Shown here piece by piece: positions 55,583-64,000 of a DNA stretch of 64,000 nucleotides. The notes below the pieces were generated by a model. The model searched no databases and had not been told where the DNA came from. It was given only the letters and a program-made list of their open reading frames with translations. Position 1 is the first letter of the stretch. Every line of letters starts with the position of its first letter. The position numbers and the translations under genes were made by a program. The stretch covers positions 25,452 to 89,451 of the forward strand of contig NIVC01003587.1 of the NCBI GenBank assembly GCA_002269645.1, read 5' to 3'. The stretch is from Macrostomum lignano. Its lineage: Eukaryota.

Positions 55583-56899
55583 AATTTAAAAAGAGTCACT
55601 TCTAGCGCCACCCTAATAACCCGCTAAAACGAATTCAATGCTTGAATAAAAATAATGAGTTCAGAACACTTCCCTTCCGAGTCTCCATGGATACTTACTG
55701 ACTGCGTCACCGACTCTGCTGTTTTGGCTCGAACTGAGACACCCCACTTAATCACGGTTTAAAACCCGTAAGGATAGATCAAGCACAGCCCCACAAAATC
55801 TTCCTGACAAGACGAGAATTAAATTTAATCGATAGTTTAAAAAAGCCTTTCAACGCTTGGAAAAGAGTGACTTCGGCCTTCTTTATTGTATTTTTAATGA
55901 CGATTCGCAATTCCTACCATGCAGTATTGCCTTCAAGCTGGTAAACCCGGTATGCCATGCTCAAATTCAGTCAGAATTCTTATCATTCATAATTAACGAA
56001 TACCGCTAATCATCTCTTACAGGAGCTTAGCGAAGCGTTGTCAATGCCTATTCAAGTAAAACAAGTAAACTTTACTGTGTGACAGTAGCTGGCCGCCTGT
56101 ATCTGTTAGGAATAATTCTCAATAATTCATTAGACGTTTCGAAGAAACGTATGTTTGAGCCAAAACCTCTAAGGTACGGAGCGATCTAGAGCCAAGGCTG
56201 AATTATTAACATCCGTGATGCTACTCCATCATTTCTTCTTATGCGTCTGCATTGAAAAAAACTTCCATTTTTAACAAGGTTTCTTTAAAGAGTTCGCGAT
56301 GCTTTTTCATAGAAACATAAAAAGGCCGAAATGTGCGTGTTGTACTCCATGACTGTTTTTAATGAGCTGAGAATGGGACATTGGGGTGTCAGATGGGTTG
56401 ATATTGGTGTCAGGTGTGTTAACATTGATGGCCATGTTGGTGTCAAAAGGGGCAAGCATTGTGCCGAAATGATAAGCTACAACAAAAAACACATTTACGA
56501 TTGTAAACTGTAAACTGTAAACTGTTCTTTAACAAGAAAATATTCTTTCACAGTTATATTTTTAGCAAAAAATCGCAACACACTATTTTAAGAATATAAA
56601 AGGAGACTGCAAAAAACTGCAAATAATATCGTAAGTGAAAAAAATAATGAAAAAATAAATAAACTAAATAGCTATCGATAACAACTGAAATGCAACATGA
56701 GCGTTAAAATATTATTACTTGTAGAGTTACTGTGTGCGTTAGCTGTCTCGCTTAACTTTTCTCCAAATAAAAACAATACAATACTATTTTATTATTATTT
56801 TCTAAACGAATAAAACTTCGTGATTTCTGAAAACCAGAAAACTATCAACCTAAACTATTAAGTGGGGTAGGCGTCTGGTCCATTCAGTTTTACGAGGTA

Positions 56900-57290
56900 G
56901 GTAGGGGGTTGGAAAGCTACGGAGTGGGGTGGGGCGTCTGGTCCAATCAGTTTTCGGGAGGGGTAGGGAAGCTACGGAGTGGGGTGGGGCGTCTGGTCCA
57001 ATCAGTTTTCGGGAGGGGGTAGGAAAGCTACGAGTGGGGTGGGGCGTCTGGTCCGATCAGTTTTCGGGAGGGGTAGGAAAGCTACGGAGTGGGGTGGGGC
57101 GTCTGGTCCAATCAGTTTTCGGGAGGGGGTAGGAAAGCTACGGAGTGGGGTGGGGCGTCTGGTCCAATCAGTTTTCGGGAGGGGGTAGGAAAGCTACGGA
57201 GTGGGGTGGGGCGTCTGGTCCAATCAGTTTTCGGGAGGGGGTAGGAAAGCTACGGAGTGAGGTGGGCGTCTGGTGGGGGTAGGAAAGCTA
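56900..57290 (+). repeat. 56-bp G-rich minisatellite, ~7 units, just past the PHKA stop codon
   Basis: GGTAGGAAAGCTACGGAGTGGGGTGGGGCGTCTGGTCCAATCAGTTTTCGGGAGGG units. Confidence 0.92.
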
Positions 57291-57325
57291 TACGTTGTGG
57301 GGTGGGTGCCACTTACAGAGCTCCC

Positions 57326-60300
57326 TCACTGCACCAGGCAGTCGATACAGGCGTGCCCGCTCTCGCCCTGAGGAATTTCCACAAAGTCGGGCATGGCTCT
57401 GGCCAGATAGGTCAAAGTGCCGTATCTTCCGCTGGGCGCTGAGTCGTAGAAGTGCAAGCAGACGCCGCATGCGCCACCGCAATGCAGGCGCGCAGTCTCG
57501 CTCAGCCAGTAGTTGCTATCGAAGTCGCGGCGGTTGATGACTCGCTCAACGCAGCAGCGATTGGCATCGCCTCTCTGCTCAGCCTGGTCCAGCAGGAACA
57601 GCCAGTTGGCGCGATGAACCAGCTGCTCAACCTGAAGCACGAGGCCAAGATTGATCCGGCCGGCTGGGTCCACTTCAGGCAGGCGGACCAGCAGGCTGAG
57701 GGCTTCCACAATTAGCTGGCGATATTCCGGCACCGGCACGCGGGTGATAATAGACTCCACCTGCGTAAGGCATTTACAGTACATGAAATTAGGTATAGAG
57801 CAGGGTCGGCAAACTCCGGCCCGTGGGCCATGGGCCACAAAGACCCTCGGGTCTTTTGAAACTTCACAATAGCAATCTGTCCCGCTTCCAGTATATGTCT
57901 CTTCTCAGCTCTCTTCTTTTTTCTCCCCTCTCCTCTTTTCTCTCTCTCTTCTCTTCTTATCTCTCTCTTCTCTTCTCTTCTCTCTCCACTTTTCCTCTTC
58001 TCCTCTCCCCTCTCCTTTCTCCCCTCTCCTCTCTTCTCTCTCATCTCCCCCTACCCACTCTTCTTTCATGTCCCATCTCCTCTCTTGTCTCTCATCTCCC
58101 CTCCGCTCTCTTCTCCTCTTCTTTTTTCTCTCTTCTTCTCCTCTTCTCCTCTCCCCTCTCCTTTCTCCCCTCTCCTCTTCTCTCTCTCACCTTCCCTCTC
58201 CTCTCTTCTCTCTCATCTCCCCCTCCCCACTCTTTTCTTTCATGTCCCATCTCCTCTCTTGTCTCTCATCTCCCCTCCGCTCTCTTCTCCTCTTCTTCTC
58301 TCTCTCTCTTTTCTTCTTTTCTCTCCTCTTCTCCGCTTCTCCTCTTCTCCGCTTCTCCTCTTCTCCGCTTCTCCTCTCCCCTCTCCTTTCTCCTCTCTCA
58401 TCTCTTCTCTCTCATCTCCCCTCTCCCCTCTTTTCTCCCCACTCCCCTTCCCGTTCTCCTCTCCCTCTTCTCTCATCTCATCTCTCTGACTCGCAGTCAA
58501 GCCCTAGAGAAAAGTTTAAGTTAAAACAGTTTGCCCCTGCTCCAGAGCACAATTTTTATGGAGAGGCGAAGACAGCCAGTTGCCCAGTGCAACCCCCCCC
58601 CTACCTGCAGGGCAAATTTGACCTCCCCGGCGGTCATTTCGCGCGTGAGATGCTGGCCGATGACTTCGCCTCGAATGCTGAGCCCGTCCGTCCGTTCAAT
58701 GAGTCGCCAGATGTTATTGTAGAAGCCGCTCGGCACGCGGTTGAGAGCGCCGTCAATTTTTCGCCGACGAATCCACTGGCCGCCCGGCAGCTGGAGCTGT
58801 CCGCCGCCTCGGCTGGCTGGCCAGCAACCGAATCAATTCTCTTGCCCTGCTCCTAGAAGCAAGATGTTGTTTGATAAAGGATGCTGGCTAGATATGTAGA
58901 AAATTGGCTCCTGGGTTGTCATGCGGTTAACACCTGTGAGGGCCAATCCCAAGGCACAGACAGTGTACATTCCTGACGATTAGAAAATCAGGGCCGCTGT
59001 ACACCCAAGGACTACTCAAGTATGGCTGAAAATTTGCCTGACAATATGGCAGCCATATCGCAACTCCTCCAGAAGACTCACCGCTTGCAAAGCGAACAGC
59101 ACTGCATCCGAGCTCATAGTTGGACTGGCATCGGCGATTGCAGAGCCCGCTGTTTGTGCGGCGGTACTGACGACAACCAGGCTGGGTGCGAACGGCACCG
59201 GCGAGGACCGCTGGCTCTGACGGCGCTGCTGCAGTGAGCGGCCCATCTCGGTCTCGTTGCGCGACAAGATGCACAGACGGGCCTGGTCGCCAAGTCCGAC
59301 TTGAGCGTGTGTGGCAGTGTGCAGGGGTGTTGCAGAGTTGCCATGAGCAAAATTTCTAACAAATATACATTATATGTGTCATTATTTCGTCACATAGGAG
59401 AATCATTGGAAAGAAATGGATTAATTTCTGTAATACACTGGGCTGCCGCGACGCTACCGCTCAAACATGGTTGCTGCGAGGCCAATGATGAAACGTGGTT
59501 TTTGTGATATGCCAATATCGAAATGCTCATGTTTCAGAATTCATGTACAATCCGTAAGGTCGATATACTTGAAGTATACGAGTATAGCCATCAGGTCATT
59601 GGGTAGTAGGCTATAGGTTTAGGTAGCAAAAATATAATTAGCACGCAATCATGATTAGCTTACTATACTCGGCTCGAAATTCTTTGCCACTAAGCAAATA
59701 GTGAAGCAAAGTTTTCATTGCGAACGGGCTTAGGCTAAGCAGATGTTCCGTAGCTTCGTCCGCTGAAAATTAAAATTAAAATTTGCTTACTGTTTTGTAA
59801 GCAATGATAGAAACACTGAGTGAGGTGGGTGTCGGGGTAGGAATTTAAGGCGGAGTGAGGTTGGTGTCGGGGTAGGAATTTAAGGCGGAGTGAGGTGGGT
59901 GTCGGGGTAGGAATTTAAGGCGGAGTGAGGTACGTGTCGGGTAGGAATTTAAGGCGGAGTGAGGTGGGTGTCGGGGTAGGAATTTAAGGCGGAGTGAGGT
60001 ACGTGTCGGGTAGGAATTTAAGGCGGAGTGAGGTGGGGTCGGGGTAGGAATTTAAGGCGGAGTGAGGTGGTTGTCGGGTAGGAATTTAAGGCGGAGTGAG
60101 GTGGGTGTCGGGTAGGAATTTAAGGCGGAGTGAGGTACGTGTCGGGTAGGAATTTAAGGCGGAGTGAGGTGGGTGTCGGGGTAGGAATTTAATGAGGTTA
60201 CGTGTCGGGTAGGAATTTAAGGCGCAGTGATGTGGGTGTCGGGTAGGAATTTAGGGCGGAGTGAGGTGGGTGTCGGTAGGAATTTAGGGCGGAGTGAGGT

Positions 60301-63300
60301 GGGTGTCGGTAGGAATTTAGGGCGGAGTGAGGTGGGTGTCGGGGTAGGAATTTAATGAGGTTACGTGTCGGGTAGGAATTTAAGGCGCAGTGATGTGGGT
60401 CAGTCTTGGCCAGCATGCTGAGGTACACAAGAATCTCTTGAGTTAGCATGCCCAGCGTGATGTCGTTGCCACAGGCGCTCTTGATTAAATCGGCCAGTAC
60501 AGCGGACGATTTCGGCGAGGTTAAAACGCAGTCCTCTGGCTCTGGCGGTAACCCGATGGTGACTTGTTTCTGACGGACCAGCAGATCCGTGAGACAGATT
60601 GGTAGAGTTTCAACGCGCTTGTCAAGCATTCCAGCCGTATAGCGGACCAGCCACCACTGCTTGAGACTGCCGGCGTGCTCGTACAGCTCCTTGACCAGGT
60701 CCCGAACTGTCGTTGGAGCACCGTTTTTGTCTCGCCAGCCTGTGTCGTAGCTGGGGCCTCTGTGGGTTTATGTAGTTTATATTGTGCTTTATATGCTTTA
60801 AACGTATGCCTTATAGCTGTATTTATTATCCGACGGTCTGAATGCTATATTATCTGATGGTCTGGATGCTATATTATCTGATGGTCTGGATGCTATATTA
60901 TCTGATGGTCTGGATGCTATATTATCTGATGGTCTGGATGCTATATTATCTGATGGTCTGGATGCTATATTATCTGATGGTCTGGATGCTATATTATCTG
61001 ATGGTCTGGATGCTATATTATCTGATGGTCTGGATGCTATATTATCTGATGGTCTGGATGCTATATTATCTGATGGTCTGGATGCTATATTATCTGATGG
61101 TCTGGATGCTATATTATCTGATGGTCTGGATGCTATATTATCTGATGGTCTGGATGCTATATTATCTGATGGTCTGGATGCTATATTATCTGATGGTCTG
61201 GATGCTATATTATCTGATGGTCTGGATGCTATATTATCTGATGGTCTGGATGCTATATTATATTATCTGATGGTCTGGATGCTATATTATCTGATGGTCT
61301 GGATGCTATATTATCTGATGGTCTGGATGCTATATTATCTGATGGTCTGGATGCTATATTATCTGATGGTCTGGATGCTATATTATCTGATGGGCTGGAG
61401 GGCTCTAATCACGCCCGGATTCTTACCTAGATGTGTATAGGTGATAAACTATATCGAACTGTTCGTAAAGCAGTTCCGATTGTTCCAATCTGGCCAGCAA
61501 GCTGTCTTCCCCAATTTCGGCTAGAGAAGCGCACGAATTGCGTCGCTTTTCCAGTGTTCGGTGATTGAAGGCTCGGCCGCCGGCCGCGCTCTGATCTGAT
61601 GCGCCGATTACCATGCTGGACAAAGAGCTACCTGAGCTGCTCTCCAAAGACATCGGCTGGCGGAGCTTGCGATAGGCTGGCGCTGTGGTGAAGAATTTGG
61701 TTGCACATCGGAACTTGAACACCCGCTTTTCTTTTCTGTGCGCCAGTCACCCATCCCACTCTGCTTTTCTTTTCTGTGCGCCAGTCACCCACTTCACCTT
61801 GCTGCCCATACCTACCTCAATAACCCACCTCAATAACCACCCACCCACGTCTGCCTATTCCCCTAGTCGCCCACCCCACCCCGGCTAGTCTATCTCACAC
61901 ATTAGGTTAGCATTAGTATTAGGTTTAAGTTGTCAAAGCGAACAAAGGCAAACAAAAAAATACCGTCGTCTTCTTCCGAGTTCCACAGGTAAAACGGCGA
62001 TAACGCTGTAAATTGTGGAAAGTTGGCTACACATAGTTCTTCTATTTTGAAGATAGTTAATAGAATAAGAAGTACTGCGTAAAGTAGTGTGGTTTGGTGA
62101 GTGGGGCACGGATAGAAAGAAGAGTGGGGTGGGTGACTAGGGCAGGGATAGACAGCGGAGTGGGGTGGGTGACTAGGGCAGTGATAGACAGCGGAGTGGG
62201 GTGGGTGACTAGGGCAGGGATAAACAGCGGAGTGGGTGGGTGACTAGGGCAGGGATAGACAGCGGAGTGGGGTGGGTGACTAGGGCAGGGATAGACAGCG
62301 GAGTGGGGTGGGTGACTAGGGCAGGGATAGACAGCGGAGTGGGGTGGGTGACTAGGGCAGGGATAAACAGCGGAGTGGGTGGGTGACTAGGGCAGGGATA
62401 GACAGCGGAGTGGGGTGGGTGACTAGGGCAGGGATAGACAGCGGAGTCGGGTGGGCGACTAGGGCAGGGATAGACAGCGGAGTCGGTGGGTGACTAGGGC
62501 AGGGATAGACAGCGGAGTGGGTGTGGTGACTAGGGCAGGGATAGACAGCGGAGTGGGGTGGGTGACTAGGGCAGGGATAGACAGCGGAGTGGGGTGGGTG
62601 ACTAGGGCAGGGATAGACAGCGGAGTCGGGTGGGCGACTAGGGCAGGGATAGACAGCGGAGTCGGGTGGGTGACTAGGGCAGGGATAGACAGCGGAGTGG
62701 GGTGGGTGACTAGGGTAGGGATAGACAGCGGAGTGGGGTGGGTGACTAGGGCAGGGATAGACAGCGGAGTGGGGTGGGTGACTAGGGTAGGGATAGACAG
62801 CGGAGTGGGGTGGGTGACTAGGGCAGGGATAGACAGCGGAGTCGGGTGGGTGACTAGGGCAGGGATAGACAGCGGAGTGGGTTGGGTGACTAGGGCAGGG
62901 ATAGACAGCGGAGTGGAGTGGGTGACTAGGGCAGGGATAGACAGCGGAGTTGAAGGATGTTGAAGTAAGGACTGCGTATCATCACTATTAATATTAATAA
63001 GGAAATATTAGCAAAACATAGTGGCTTACATTCATCCTCTAGTTGCTGCTCTACTGATCCAGACTCGATTTCTTTTTTCTCATTTAGCGGTAGTCCGTGC
63101 ATCTCAGCGGATACTGCGCTGCTGAGCACGCATGATTTCTGCCGCTTCCAAGCTGCAAACTGTTCCTGTTGCCGGGCTGCTTGAGTGGCCGCCGCCGCTG
63201 CCGCCACACTGGCCATTGCGGTCGAAGTTGACGTATCGAACACACTCGAGGTGGGACGAATTCGACCGATGCAATGCAGCGTGCTAGTGGTGGCCCGGGC

Positions 63301-63317
63301 CTTGCCAAGCAGCTCGT
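57326..63317 (-). CDS. PHKA: Phosphorylase b kinase regulatory subunit alpha, 3' part (5' exons beyond the window; model has an apparent gap and a frameshift)
   Basis: Exons 63317-63030, 61676-61427, 60759-~60400, 59355-59082, 58852-58605, 57760-57326. Motifs [131 protein letters not shown]; C-terminal CaaX CLVQ. Confidence 0.9.
57895..58490 (+). repeat. ~600-bp polypyrimidine (CT) tract filling the last PHKA intron
   Basis: Almost only C/T on +; internal duplication ~58010-58130 vs ~58160-58300. Confidence 0.9.
59817..60400 (+). repeat. 34-35-bp minisatellite (GAGTGAGGTGGGTGTCGGGGTAGGAATTTAAGGCG), ~17 units, PHKA intron
   Basis: 35-bp period (59821 vs 59856). Confidence 0.93.
60838..61393 (+). 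repeat. 24-bp near-perfect minisatellite (TCTGATGGTCTGGATGCTATATTA), ~23 units, PHKA intron
   Basis: Essentially invariant units; one slippage at ~61258. Confidence 0.97.
62122..62950 (+). repeat. 36-bp G-rich minisatellite (GGGTGACTAGGGCAGGGATAGACAGCGGAGTGGGGT), ~23 units, PHKA intron
   Basis: 36-bp period (12-aa periodic ORF). Confidence 0.95.
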
Positions 63318-63377
63318 CTGCAGTGCGAAACGTTGAGAGACGACAGTTTGTTTAAGGGCCTCAGAATCAGTTTTTTA

Positions 63378-63575
63378 GGGGTCAGTCTGTTTGGGGGTCA
63401 GTCTGTTTGAGGGGGGTCAGTCTGTTTGGGGTCAGTCTGTTTGGGGGCCAGTCTGTTTTGGGCGTCAGTTTGTTTAGGGGTCAGTCTGTTTAAGGGTCAG
63501 TCTGTTTAGGGGTCAGTCTGTTCAAGGGTTAGTCTGTTTAAGGGTCAGTCTGTTCAGGGGTCAGTCTGTTTGAAG
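63378..63575 (+). repeat. 17-18-bp minisatellite (GGGGTCAGTCTGTTTAG), ~11 units, PHKA intron
   Basis: Degenerate direct repeats. Confidence 0.85.
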
Positions 63576-64000
63576 GTCAAACGATTTTTTTCACGAAGCA
63601 GTGACACCGTCTGTTATCATTTGGCGCATTACCGCCTTCTTGGGTCCAGAAAGCTCATGTGGTCACGCAGCTGGTGTCCAAAAAATCCGAAAGGCGTCCC
63701 AGAGTGACACTGGAAAAGTTAATTGATTGACTAGAAACCTGATCACCCTTTTTAACAAAGCTTATAAGCAGCTTCGGTTACCTTCAGCTACACCTTTATG
63801 ACCTCCAACCCAGCCTCTTAGATCATCACCGCTGAAGTAGTAGATGGATTTAAATTTTAATAAACTGCTCAAAACTGCTCACTATCTTTGAATGCGTTTA
63901 CCAAAACCGAAAAGTTACAATATAAGGGTGTTTGTCGTCGAACCTTTGGTTCATTAAATCTTTGGTCGAACCGTGTTCAGAACCTATTATTCCCTTTGAG

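Overview
Eukaryotic (invertebrate animal) genomic DNA. The GC-rich giant exons and minisatellite-filled introns resemble the flatworm Macrostomum lignano; this is inference from style and was not searched. Four host genes: RSF1-like chromatin remodeller (+, 6 exons, ~1610 aa), dihydropyrimidine dehydrogenase DPYD (-, 5 exons, ~1046 aa), an intronless KCTD8/12/16-type BTB protein (+), and the 3' part of phosphorylase kinase alpha PHKA (-, running off the right edge). Two tRNA-Glu genes (TTC, CTC) lie on the minus strand. There are two near-identical copies of a LOA-clade-like LINE (APE-RT-RNase H-CCHC, (TAAG)n tail), one 5'-truncated and one full length. Both have TSDs beginning TAAGG. The full-length copy has a TAATG ORF1/ORF2 stop-start overlap and sits head-to-head 21 bp upstream of tRNA-Glu(CTC). 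Also present are a tRNA-derived CORE-SINE, two hAT-like MITEs with 8-bp TSDs (317 bp and only 53 bp), and about 25 different tandem arrays. The most unusual structures are (1) a ~400-bp inverted copy of the RSF1 intron-4/exon-5 junction in intron 2, bracketing the PHD-finger exon, (2) the LINE at the tRNA 5' flank, (3) the 53-bp element, and (4) a PHKA exon that runs into a repeat and lacks a conserved segment. Splice models were derived by hand with phase checks. Array edges and copy numbers are approximate. Several 1-bp homopolymer indels may be assembly errors.
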